Source: Klebsormidium nitens
Lineage: Eukaryota > Plantae > Klebsormidiophyceae
DNA: 64,000 bases
Assembly: GCA_000708835.1 (NCBI GenBank)
Contig: DF237327.1
Coordinates: 25,695 to 89,694 of the forward strand
Reading direction: 5' to 3'
Part shown: in pieces, positions 35,261-53,400 of the stretch
How positions within the stretch are numbered: position 1 is the first letter of the stretch
Layout of the letters: each line of letters opens with the position of its first letter
Translations under genes and position numbers: made by a program
The notes under the pieces: model-generated
Seen by the model: the letters and a program-made list of their open reading frames with translations, nothing else
Told to the model about the DNA's origin: nothing
The model's database searches: none

Positions 35261-38200
35261 TTAAGCTCTTGTTGCAAGAATGGCCTTCTTTTCATTCGAC
35301 CCTCTCGTGGCCTTCTCCGTATCAACACCGCCAGTGGCAGCACCGGCGGGACTACTACCCTTCGTCTCTTCCTTGCCCTCCACTACCTCCTCCGTTTTCT
35401 TTGGCTCGTCGACCCACACCTTCTTGATTGCCTCATTTGTCATGAACAGAATCCCCGCAGCCGGAATCAGCTTGATCAAACTCGGCCCGAGCCCGACGTA
35501 CAACCCGCCTAGCCCCTTCTCCTTCACGATCCCCTTGAACGCCTCCAGACTGTTCGCATACACAACCCGGCCCCCCAGCTTCCCAACCTGCATCTGCTTG
35601 CGCGCTACCTCGAGCGGGAACGTCGCGGTTGCGGCGAACGCCCCCGCGGCGGACCCAATGAACAGCGTCTCGATGTTCGTAATCTGCTTGTCGGTCTTCT
35701 TGGCGATCTTGCGCCACGTGCGGCGGAGCGTGTCATAGGCGAAGTAGTTGCTTCCGGCATAGGGGATGATCCCAACTAGACTGGGTGCCAACCCACGGTA
35801 CAGCTCGGCTGCGCCCTCCTCCTTGATAATCTGGGCGAAGCAGTGGAGCACGCCCCGATAGACGCCGCGCTGCATTACATAAATCGCGCAGGGTTAAGGA
35901 ACAAATCACAACGGTTAAGGTACAGAACATTATGGTCAACGAACGAAACACCAGCGCCCAATCAAAGCAAAACCTGCTGCCCGTCTGTACGTGCGGCTCA
36001 TATGCTCAACGATGCCGAGAAGACATGCCCGGAGCACGGTCGTCAATACCTCTTATCAGACTCGCATGACCACACGCATGCACAACTGAAGGCAGCCTCT
36101 GAAGCCTCCCTTATTTCAAACGCCCGTTCGCTAAGCCCCTGGCGTCCTATAGGCGCCAATCTGACGGAACAGATGGAGATGGAGCGCCATATTGCAGAGC
36201 ACCAAGGAGGATTGTTTAAGAACCGGAGGCCCCAGAAGGCACGGCTTGGCTGACACGTGGGCTGCTGACGACCTTACATTGTCCTGGAACCGCACTCGAA
36301 GCAAACGGACGAGAAATAAATGGCATAAAACGGACTCTTCAGGCTCTCCGGAAAGCCATTCGAAAAGAGGCAAGAAACTATGGTCGCAAATACCCTTTCT
36401 CTAAGTTGAACGGACTGGACATCCTCTTTCCAACCGCTTGCTGACGTTGGACCCTTTGTCTCCGAATGCAAGAGGCCGAGCACCGGGTTCGCAAGTTGCC
36501 GATGCATCTTTGGACTAAAAGTTGTCGAGTCCGTAGCACTCAAACTAATGGTGTGCAAGAGCATTATAACTCCTTCCAAGCTTTGGACACAATCTCCAGG
36601 AGCAGGTCTGAGTGAAAGGTTTTGGACTTGAGCCTTCATTTTGCCGTGCGAAACGGTCCTGCAGATCTCAGAATACTCGCCTCCCCACGTGTTGACCAGG
36701 AATCTCCGCATTGTGCAAGCACGACTAACCAGGGCAAAATGCATAAGAAGACCTGGAACCTGCATTCTCGGGGTTCCGAGAACCATGCCCCGCGCACGCA
36801 CCTCAACCGTGAGCCGCGTCTTGACGAGCTCCAGGGGGTACGTAAGAATGGTGGACACGACGCCAGCTGTCGATCCGGCCAGCAGCGAAATGGGCAGGCC
36901 GGGCAGCGGGGCGTTGGGGCCGTTGGCCAGGGGGGACAGCGCCTTCTTCGTCACGTCGACGGTGAACAACTAGAGCGAGGGAGGGGAAAGAGGGAGGATC
37001 AGCAGTGAAGGGCTGAGAGCAAGGCGGGAGAGAAAGACGTGGCTCAGGACGTAATTCTAAGGATTGAGTCTACAAGGTTTGGTCAGACGTAAGAACCAAA
37101 AAGGGGACCCTGCGGCTGAATTGGTGTGGGGAGGACTCCGAAGCTATTGATTTGGAGATAGGACGAGCATCTAACGAACACTCCTGGCCGATAAAACGGA
37201 GGTCACACTCATCACATGCATCACGGGGGCATAAGCACAGCGACGTTTGCAAACAAATGCGCAAAACTATCTGACCGCGACGTAGATCTCGGGACCAATA
37301 TCCAACTCCGGACGCAGTAGTCCTCAACGCAAACGAGATATGCGTCGCCACAAAGCACACACCGAATAGGATCTTCCGCGCAACTCTAACGTGCCTGCTT
37401 CCAACAACACTCCTCGACGAAACCGACGTACAAATTCCCCTGATGTGCCAGGTCCTCAGTCCAAAACATGCCTCTGTCCTCTCCTGACATCCTTGCTGAG
37501 CGCAACATTCTGGCCCCATCACCCACGATTTGCTCAGCCACTGGATTTCGTTTTGACCCCAAGCCATACCACAAAGTTCGCTCAAAAACCTTGCAACGAA
37601 GGAATTAGACGCCAACTACAACACCACCTCGCAGCCACGCACCTCGATCGCCTTGCTAGGCGCGACACGCAACACGTTGATCCCGTTCCCGCGGAACAGC
37701 CCCTTCCACCCCTCCTCCTTCATGATGCGCGCAAACACCTCCGGCACCGACCCCCCCCGCCCCACCATCAGGTGCGTCCGGATGGTTTCCAGGGGGGCAA
37801 CCGCACTGCGGGAGAAGGCCCCCGCTATGGCCCCCGTCACGAGCTTCTTGACAACCCCCTGCGTGCCCTTCCGGACGACCACCTTGCGTACCACGGCCGG
37901 CTTCTGCGCCTCAGGGGCCGCTTCGGTGGGCGCCGCACCCTCGACAGGCGCAGTGGTCTGCAGGAGTGAATATGACGGATGTTGTCCTGTTTGAGAGCTT
38001 GTGAACTTGGGCAAGGTGTAGGCTTTCTTGACAAACCAATGTAAAGATGTTCTCCTCGGCAGGCACGGACTCAAATAATGCTGTTCTTTGAGTGAAAGCG
38101 TCAAAAAACGACTTCTCGTACGAGCTCTGGAAATTGTAGCCGTCTGTGTACCTTGGATTATGTCAAACTTTCTGGATTAGCCTCGAAAGCCCTCTCGTAG

Positions 38201-39811
38201 TGCTTCAGGCTTGCTGCAAATCAGCACCATGGATCATAGGCAGGAGGACTGTGAGGAGGGCTCAGAAACTAAAATTTGCCTTAACCATTGCGCAGTGCAT
38301 ATCTTGTGACCCAGACGACTCAGGCAGTATGGAGATGACATAATGACACGACGATGACAATTGCTCAGAAGTACACTATCATTTGCAAGCGTTGGCCTCC
38401 ACGAATTGTTGAGAGGCAAAGAGAATCGAGCAGACAATGTTTACAGTCCACAGATACTCACAGCGGCCCTGTGTAAGTGTCGTAAACCAAAGACCATGTC
38501 TAGGTAGGAGCAACAGGTGCCTTCCACACTGACCTTCAAAATGGTCTCGGCGCGTGCGAATGACAGAAACTCATTCGACACACAAATCGGCGTACACCCC
38601 TTGACCAGATTGAACGAACAGTGACAAGCCACTTCCTTCCCAGGTGTTTCCACTTCCTTCCCAGGTGTTTACAAAAGGTGGCGCCTTTCATAAAAGTCGT
38701 CATTCAGACTGCACGAGGAGCCGCACTCACCGGCGTTTCGACATGCTCCACGATTTCGGGCTCCTCTTCCTCGTCCTCGTAGTCATGCCCTCCGAATACG
38801 CCAAAGTCAGACTCGAAACTAGCGAGCACGTTCGCCTCATCCTTATGATGCCGCAGCTTGATGTGCTGGCGCGTGGAGAAGGTCGCTTTGGGTTTCAGGT
38901 TGTTCTGGAACAGGGGGTTGGCAAGGTCGTCGTCCGACAGCTCGTCGGCCTCGCGCAGGCGTTGGCGTTCTGGACAGACAAGTAAGAAGGACGTTGCGAG
39001 AATGAATGCAACAGAGAAGGTTCTCCGAGCAAAATCGTGTCTGTATGTTACTTTGCAGCCAATCAATCCAGAAGGCTAGCCTTGCGTTTGACTTTGCTTG
39101 CCCCAAACTCGTTGTGCCCCAGTTCTTCCGATCCTTGTGCCATGCAACCTACTCTGGGGACTGCATTGTCACCTCTGTTTACATTACAACCATGCAGGGA
39201 ATCCTGTTGAGCGCAAACGACAACGAGCTGGACAGAAAGGGTGCGCCAGTTGGACTTCAAGCATACCACAATTGAAAGAAACCCCAGTGGTAAATACCTT
39301 CTTGAAGGTCAACCTTGCCTAACACATGAAGACATCTTTGAAGATGACTAGTAATGCTGATAAGCCGTTCCACAGTGGTCGCTTTGACGCACTGAGAACG
39401 CTGAAAAAGCTTCCAACAAACTCATGGAATCAACTGCAAGAAGAATACTTGGCCAGCCAAGGCAGTCCTTACAAAGGATTACCATGACAGGACTAACAGA
39501 TCCACAATAAGCATCAGACAAGAGCTGCTAGTTCTGCTCCAGAAGCGCCGAGATCTGCCAATGCTGCTTAGAGAAAGCGCTTCACCACTCTCAACTACAA
39601 TCATTAAGGGAATTGCAAAGATCCAACAACAAGGTGCCTCACCTGAGAAGGTCACCTTCTCTGGCTTGCTTCTGTGCCACCCAAAGCCCCACAACCAAGG
39701 CTCCTTGTCCGTCTCCTCTTTTGGCAGCTCATCTTTCCTGCGCAAATGCTGCCTCTCTGAGAAGGACATCTTCCCCTTGTGCTTCCATCGGTTGTCAAAA
39801 AGGTGCGGCAT
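35261..39811 (-). CDS. BT1: Mitochondrial carrier family adenine-nucleotide transporter, Brittle-1 type
   Basis: Exons 39811-39643, 38969-38731, 37957-37643, 36969-36802, 35869-35261, phase-consistent (first two exons less certain). Three carrier signatures (APLETIRTHLMVG, YPLELVKTRL, FPLEVARKQMQVG), plus GLFRGNGINVLRVAPSKAIE and PYAGSNYFAYDTL, as in plant BT1. Confidence 0.9.
38629..38670. repeat. Exact 21-bp tandem duplication in a BT1 intron
   Basis: ccacttccttcccaggtgttt x2. Confidence 0.9.
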
Positions 39812-40549
39812 CTTGTATGACTTGGCGGGATTATACAGCGAGAAAAATGGAGCATGCAGTAACACCTCCGGGGTCCTTTTGAAGAACACCCCTTCTATCC
39901 GTTGAGCCTTAGATACTTCGGTCGCCAATCAATGGTGGAAGATGACCTGCCTCAAAGAAGGTTTCCAGTGCACCTTCCTTTCAACACAGAACATCCCACA
40001 CTGTTGTCATCACAGCTGCAAACACTCTATCTTGCAAACAGAGCCAAAGACGATCCTTCAAGTTGCCTCCTTCCAGACTTCTGACAATTGCAAAACGAAC
40101 TGACGAACTGTCCTTCTCCCTACTAGTACCACCTTTTACAAGCTCAGATGAATTGGCGCCACCATTGCCAACCGATGGCGCCCCAATCCCCCATGCGTTG
40201 TCTCAGCTAATTGGAACCACAACCCTGGCACCCATGCACATCTCCTGCTGAAATCTCATCAGGAAAGCAATCCGCAGGCAAATCTGCGAATCAGAGTGCC
40301 GCCAGGCTTTCAGCAGCACTCATCATGACACCACTGCGCCAAACTTATTTACATTGGCCCATGGTTGGAACTTGGAAGTGAAGTGGCTCGAACTTTGCGC
40401 GGTGTCTTTCAAGCCCACCCGGTTGCACCCGGTGCAGAAGCCCGGGGCCCCTTAATTCTGAATTGGAACAGTCCGTCCATCATCCACGCCCGGGTCACTG
40501 CCAGGCACCCAATTGCTTGCCTGCTCGCGCCCCGTGATATGCGCCCAGT

Positions 40550-41075
40550 GATCGTGGCGAAAATAAATCTTGGAATGCACTAAATAGGAGCTCCCAGACA
40601 CTAATTGGCGAAAATGACACTAATGGCGAAAATCCCAGCGGCAGTTGTGGCCGGTAGAGTGTCCCGGTTCTCAAATTTCTTGTACCGACCAATATTTTTG
40701 GTTTTCTCTGGAGAGTCGATTGAAAGTGCAAAGGCAAAGGTAAAGTACGGGGTTCTGAGCAGGGTTAAGATTCGTGAAAGCGGGTGGGAGTACCCGAGCA
40801 ATGAAGATCTGGCTTGATCGACGGCCTGACCATTTTCGCCAGTCCGGCGAAATCCACTTGCCAGACACTAAATGGGGAAAATCTGGCGAAAATCAAATTT
40901 GCGAAAAGAATTAGTTTCGCCACGAACATTGTATGCGCCTAACGCCGCGAAGACTCGGAAGAGTGTGAAAGGGCTTGAAAGCAAAAGATTCCCCAAAAGA
41001 TTCCTTGGCGACCAATCAAAATAGCCAGTGAAGGTCAGCAATATAGCGAGTGCCATTTTCGCCGCCCCCTAGTTG
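40550..41075. mobile_element. Probable non-autonomous DNA transposon relic with subterminal GGCGAAAAT repeats
   Basis: About 8 copies of ggcgaaa(a)t or its reverse complement, in both orientations. ggcgaaaatgacact (about 40607) is inverted relative to agtgccattttcgcc (about 41049-41063), and gacacta recurs three times. True termini and a TSD were not resolved. Confidence 0.45.
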
Positions 41076-41849
41076 GTGCATGGCCGGAGCAATCGGAACG
41101 GGTTCTACAACACTACTACTACTAGCTGACGCAGTGACGGGGGCTGACGGGGCCAGCGGAGTGGATGATCCGCCATGCACGCCCGCGGGCGGCCGGCACC
41201 ATGCGGCAATCACGGGGGTTTCAAGGTCATGCATACAGCGTGGGCGGCATCGACTCATAGGTTGTTGAGAAGTAGTTTTGCCAGTCTTGCAATGAAGTAG
41301 CTCTTTGATTGTCATCTGAACAACGGTGCGATTCAAGTCTGCGTAATGCTTGCTGAAGCGATCAATGCAAAGGACCGATACATGCCAGGCAGACTAATCT
41401 GGAAATGCTAAGTTCAAACATGGATCGAAAAGGTACGTACGAGAGGTCAATTAGTTGGATGTATCGAGCATGTAACATTCTGAGTGGTTCCCAAGCTTTA
41501 TGCATTTCAAGTCTGGCCTGGCAAAGCAAGTGGCAATCCAGGGCCAATGACTCTCAAAGCTTCTGGATAAGCGCAAAACACACGTCATCAGAATCAAAGA
41601 AGAAGTCTTATCTGATTTGCAAGCATAGAATGCCACATGCTACACAACCAAACAAGGGACAAATCGTAGTCCTACTTGTAACAAGTCCGCTCAGGTTCCA
41701 ATTTCAATCAACAAGGCAAAGAGACGGACTTTTTGCAGGTCAAAGGTCAAGGGCTTGTTTTTAGAGTTGAGGCCCGCTTACAGAGGCGGCATGTGGTCTC
41801 CTACGCATGTCACTAGCTCTACTTCCGTGCAACTCGTTAGGCTATCGTG

Positions 41850-47277
<5,428 letters not shown>

Positions 47278-47795
47278 GGCGACGCCGTTCGACTCACTCC
47301 CGGCCCAGCACTGCAGCAGAAACGGTGCAAGTGGGTGCAAGGACAAGGTGTGTTGGTAGATTGGTGGTAGGTAATTCACATGGCTGGGCAGCTCACTTGC
47401 CAGTACATATAACTGGCAACTTAATATTCGCAAACATCAATACTGTGAATACGCCCAAATTTGTCGGAACTGCGCGGCCCATGAGCTGCGCGGCGGCCTC
47501 GTCAGGCCGCCGCGGCCTGGCAGCGCGAACGTCCCGGCTTCAAGAATCGAGCTTTTCTTCGTTTCAACTTCGAAACATTGATGGCCAGGATTGGCAGAAT
47601 CGAGATTCTTCGTTTTGCAGCAGGGACGGCTCGCGACCTTCTGAAGTAGAGCACGCATAATCTTACCTAGGTGTACTATCTTCTGCAGGCCGGTAGTGTC
47701 GAAGGCGTGACCTTTTGCATAAGCACCGAGTTTCTGAGCCGCTTGTTGAACAGACCTTGCCAGCTTGAATCACAGAGCTGATTTCCAACAGTTCA

Positions 47796-49222
47796 ATGGT
47801 CAAAGCTGCAGCTCATTTGGTGCTGACTCAAGGGGGGATGCTTCGAAGAGCAGATGGCCGAAATCCTTTTCGACAATCAGCAGCCATCGAGAGGCTTCCT
47901 CTTGATCTCATGCAGGAAATTCTTTCACGAGGTCTGAGCCTCAAAGATCTCATCAGGCTGAGGACAGTGAGCAGATTCTTCAGAAGCGCGTGCCGCGGAG
48001 TAAGCTGTCTTATCATCAGAACCGGATGTGTGAGTGTTGCCCCGGCAGCGGTATGGTCCAAAGTCTAAAGACAAGCTGCCAGGAACTTAATTTCACTTCG
48101 CTTCAACAGCTAGCATTCCAGTTCGGAACGTTTCGCTGCGATCAATGTCACCTTAAGGATTCTTCACGGACAAGCCTTACATCTCAAACAAGCGATCAGC
48201 TGCTAAGACTTGTCACTCAATATGTGTGGATGGCTGAAAGTTCTTTGCAGATATTAGAGTACTTAGACTTCGCACCGCAGGATGTCCAGAGTCTAGTCCA
48301 AGCTTTGTCATATTGTGGATCTCTACATGAGTTGGAGCTCGAAGCTGACCAGAAGTACTTGGAGACTCCTAAAAAGTCTTTCTCAGTATCGATCCCAAGT
48401 CTTCGGGATCTGAATTTGAGGAGCCTGGACCTGTCAGCAGCATTTTTGAAAGCAGTCCTTGCTGGCTGCCCAGGGCTTAATGTCTTGCATCTGGCCATAT
48501 CATTAGACCTAGGTTCTGAAGATGAAAGTATTACAAGCATCGCCCTGGAAGAGCTAGAAGAACTGGTGCTGGACGTTTCACAGAGCGCTTTCTTCATCAT
48601 CGAACGAGGGCCGCATCTTCGAAGTGTAACCGTGTTTCGAGACACCGACACGTGGATCGAACCCGAAGATACGCAGGTTGACGTCCAGTGTGACCTGCCC
48701 CTTCTTGCCATCCTAGACCTCGAGAATCTCTGCTGGAAGGAAAGCAGTCTCTTCCTCCAAGCAGCTCCCAGTCTATGCTCGCTACGCCTGGTCGAAGACT
48801 TCGGAGTTATCAGGGAGAAGGAGGGGGATTTCACACGGCTTGATGTGCTCATGAGGAGGTTGCAGCTGTCTAACCGGCGCTCGGAGACCCTGGAAACCGG
48901 CCCTAGCGTCCTCGCGCGTCCTCTCCCTCACAACATCCTGCAACCACAACCAAGTCTTCCAGATTTATGCTCTTGGGATATCATCGGAGACATGTTTGGA
49001 GACTTTACGTCCTTCGAGGAGCAAGCGAAAGAGCAGATTGCGTATGTGGTGACGAGCTGCCCCAGCCTCACAAAGATAAGGATCAGGGGGGACCTCTTTA
49101 ATGGCATCTCACTTTACAGTCCGTTTAGATGTCCCCGGTCACAGTGGACGGCTGCCTTGAGGACCTTTCTCGACCTGCAGAAAATGTTTCCTACCCTGGA
49201 CTTGGACGTCAAGTGCTTTTAA
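47796..49222 (+). CDS. F-box protein with RNI-like leucine-rich repeats. The reading frame shifts at about 48030.
   Basis: F-box IERLPLDLMQEILSRGLSLKDLIRLRTVSRFFRSAC (47796-48029) is followed in another frame by about 380 aa of LRR-like sequence (LRDLNLRSLDL, CPGLNVLHL, LEELEELVL, CPSLTKIRI). The two are joined either by a 53-nt gtgagt...ccag intron (48030-48082) or by a 2-nt TG insertion. Confidence 0.75.
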
Positions 49223-50409
49223 GAAAGTTGAAAGGCCCCCCAGCCAATTTCTGAAGCGCTTGATTTTTTGAATTTTCGATGCTTCTACAGTGAGAGTCAG
49301 CCAGAAGGTGCACATAAGGTAAAAAGTGGAATAGATAGCGGGAGCACGTTCATATTACAATCATGTTACAAGAAACGTGCTCAGTGCGGTAGCCAGTTCT
49401 ACTGTCTCCCTAAGCTGTTTGACGCATCTGCATGTACGCGCGCTTAATTTGTTTCTTAGCTGATTGATTGAATTGCACATCACCGTCAACTCGTTCAACG
49501 CCGTTGGGAAAGCGCGTGAAGTAAATGCGAGTACGTATAGTGCCCAATTGTCTCATTGTTTTGCATTCTGGTTATGCAACCATCCAAATTATAGGAAAGT
49601 TCAGCATCACATACGAGTCACCCGCCGAGCTCAAGTTATCAATCATTCGATCGCTTCGCATGCTCAGTGAAGCTTGCTATAGCTGCCATCCCGGATTGGG
49701 ATTGTGCATCATGATAATTGCAGTCCTGACGGTCACTGAACATGTCCGATTCAGCGGTCTGATCAATTCTGGTTGTATCGGGCAGGTACAATTCTGATAT
49801 ATTCAAGGTGTTAGTGTGCACGGCCAGTCACGCGCAACCGATGATCCGACGCGATCGCACGCGCGGCCGCCTCGACCGTTTGTATACATGTGATGCGCGG
49901 CCCGCCCGGCGCAATACTCCCTGCTGCGTCGGATCGTGCTCAGCAGCGGCTAAGCACTTAGAGCAAAATAAGGTCATGATTTTGTGGCTGGCCGCACTGA
50001 CTTGCCAAAGTAAGGCCGGCTCGAGATCGTAAGTTGTATTTGTAAATTCAAAGATGTTGAGATGACATGGAACATTAACTTGAGGTGCACAGATGTACGG
50101 TCGGCAGTGCAGCCAGCACATTCGAATGCAGTCACGTCCAGTTTGTGGCGTGCATAGCGTCGTTCTGTAGAACAACGGGGTCCAAGAACAACCACTTCAA
50201 GTGTGTGCCAACATATATGCACTTATTTGGATACAGGCCAGATCTTATGAGCAGATCTGACCAAGGTCGGTCTGCACATCCTTCAAGATATGCATGCGTG
50301 TCGGATCCATGCCCTGTCAACTGCGGCTGACATGTTGACCAACTTCTTACATCAATTATAGTTCATCGACGGATGCAAGCTGGACACTGAGAGATCGCGG
50401 ACTGAGGTC

Positions 50410-53400
50410 TTATTGTTTGTGGGTCTGACCGCGCACAAAAGTCCTTCTAAGTTTCTGCTTGACACTCTCCGAAGCAAATATGTACTCAACGCTATGCCTT
50501 GCGACTGAGAAGACGTGGTCCGCAGTAAGACCTGCAAAAATTTCCACGCGCACATCAGCGGCAATCAAGCGCATGCGTAAAGAGCTCCGAGAATCAACGG
50601 CTCGAAACAATCTTGACGAGGCCACGACCTTGCCCGCAAGCGTTTAAGACGCCCCTTTTTGCACACCAGAGGATATTAGCATTTAGATGGAAGTCGGCGA
50701 GCTCCAGTATATGTATGTAGTACCTGACTGATCGAGGCAATATTTCAGATCGTCATTTTTCCTGCAGAAAATCGTGTCAAAGCCGTTTGTCCATGGATCC
50801 TCGCCGTGAGGCGGAGAGACATGTACAGTATATCATCACGACAGGAAAGAGCGAGGAACAGAGAAGATGCAAGCAAGACCCGCTCACCGAAAGACGCAGC
50901 AACGATTGCGTACTCTTGCGAGAGGGACGTGGAAAATACACCGGAGTCGTCCGTGCAGATAGCGACCGGGTGATCGTCCTTGTACAAGAGCGCTGGAAAG
51001 GCAGGGGGACACAAGATGGTTTGATCAGGGCAAAGGTTATACCGGGTACGATCTTCTCAAAGTCCTACACCTCAAGTCGGAGTGTCTTTGCGACTTGGTT
51101 CAGCCGTGGTAGTGAAAGACGAACACAAACGTTCAAGATTTTCACAAGCAATACGCCAGTTCAAAGGGCGTTTGTAATGGCCTCTAAGAAATCTACCGGT
51201 AGAAGTTGACTCTGGGGTTGACAAGAGATTCCATATCTGGTCGCGTTCTAGCAGGAAGTTCAGAGGGAAGGTATAGGAGCGAAGGAAGCGTCTACAGTAG
51301 TCGTCTCCTTACCAAAGTGATGCGCTGCGAAGCTGCTGATGCTCTCCGTTTTGATGTTGGACGTCAGGCAAGCCTCCACCTGATATAACACAAAGAATCT
51401 GAGCGGTGCCCCCAGATTCGCGGAGGGGCCATAATTTCAGCTGAAGGGTCGATCTTCCGTCACTCTTGGATACGAACCTCTCGACTTGCTCGGAAACGCA
51501 GGCTGGTATGTTTGAAACGACACGACGGCTGGTTAATTCGTTCTGATGCTTCTCACATTGAGCGCAGATTCACAACGAGCGGCCGTATCTTGAGGACGCC
51601 ACCATAATGGCGTTCCGAAGAGAAACAATGAGGTTTGCAATTGCAACGAAAAGCAGTCGTTGGCAGCTGAGAAGCTCCCGCATATCGGGCATCCCGGCTG
51701 TGGTTGTCAACTTCAATCCTATGGCAATCTACGCCTCATAAATAGCACATCGCATGCCCCACTCAAGTACAAAAGCTCTCGAAACGAGACGAAACCCGTC
51801 GAACCTGTAAACGACCCCCTAAACAGTCGCAGCCAGAGCTTTGTTCTAAATAAGTGACAATCGTGTTCTTCTCAGAGTTTGCAAGGAGACAATTCGAAAG
51901 GAACGTTAGCAGAAAATCCACCAAAAGTATGAAAGACTACCAGATTTGGAAGCTTACCGGGATTTTCGCGTCTAGCAGTTGCTGCCATTCCGGCTCCGCC
52001 AAGCAGCAAACGTGGCCCACTCTCTCCGGCCGGAACGCCAGCATCGCCCGCACTTCCTCCGCGTTCGGCACCTGAGGCAAGCGACCCTGACGTCAGCGCC
52101 GACGTCATCTAGACGGTTGTCTTTCTGGCTGACACCTTCTACTCGAATATTCGACGGCAGCAATTATATAATCCAATAAACTCAAAGAAAAGAGCAAATG
52201 ACGACTTGTTATACCCGCTGCCTTACAGAGACACGAAGATGTCGCACGAAGTTTCGAGGTCGACGTTCCACAAGCGATAAACACAACAAGTAAGCTGAGC
52301 TTTTCCCATCTGCTAACGCCTCATACTAACATATCGTGCAGGGACAACCGGTCAGGTTTTCTACCAAGCTCTGGGAGGCCAACAGAAATTTCTTGGACAA
52401 CTTACGTGCTACTCGGGCCCCTTGAGATCACATCCCAGGTGTTGCACGGACGGTCGGTAACTCATTAGGTGCGAGTTGCACGAGAGTCGACGATATATCA
52501 CACTCACCGCCTTTGTGGTAGCTTTCGAACACTCAATTGAGAACAACTTCTTGGGTGCGGAAATAAGGGGTCCGAGCTAAGCAGGTATCAGCAGGTGATC
52601 AACCAGTGCTCGGACAGACTACTTGTTTCTGGCCCCGCCTACAGGTCAAGCTGACAAGACGATGACGTTGGCAGATCCTCTCGGGCCCGCGAACACGCAG
52701 GACGAGATGCACCGCCAATTTCTTCGACGCGCCCAGGGCGATAAAGCCCTGATTCCACCTTCATAGAACCTGAGAGAAACCTTACCTCTCCGCAGTGCAA
52801 GGTGAGGGGCAACCCGTACGCCCTAGCCCACTGGAGCGCCGGCAAAAACGTAGCCCTGCGCAATCGGATTATCGAGACGGTTTACAGTCTGGTTAGGGGC
52901 ATGGCCGCACAAGCAAGGTGGTTATGTGGTTATTTGCGGACGTGTCAAAAAATCTGGCACACACTTGGACTCCTGTGCTGCACTTGGCTGGCTTGTTGCA
53001 GATAGGGTCCAGAACTTCCAGCATCTGCGGGCGACGAAGAAGGTTAAGGCACAGGGTTTAAGAGGTTGGTTTCGCGAGTTGAGTCTCGTGCCAACTCGAA
53101 ACTCGGTTCAGACAGTCTGGGTTTGAGGGGTTGGAAGCAGGTTGGTCTTTCCAACTGAAGAAAAGGAGTGCATATAAAAGCGTTTAACATTTGCGGGGCT
53201 ATAGTCCAACCTTAGCGTCAATCTGCGAGTCACTCCTCGCTGAAGTCCGATGCGCCCATATTCTACTGGAACGGAAGCCTGTCGCATTCTGTTCACCACA
53301 CTGACGGTCTGATCGCCCGTGACATCGGCCGAAGCAGAAGCTATCAAGGGAATGTGCTTCGTGCCGATCCTTCACACGGCTTTAGGCATAACCCCTTCTG

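Noticed and set aside
36230-36620. Protein-like plus-strand frame in a BT1 intron (…INGIKRTLQALRKAIRKEARNYGRKYPF…)
   Set aside because: Only about 75 open codons, no start or splice context and no recognisable family.
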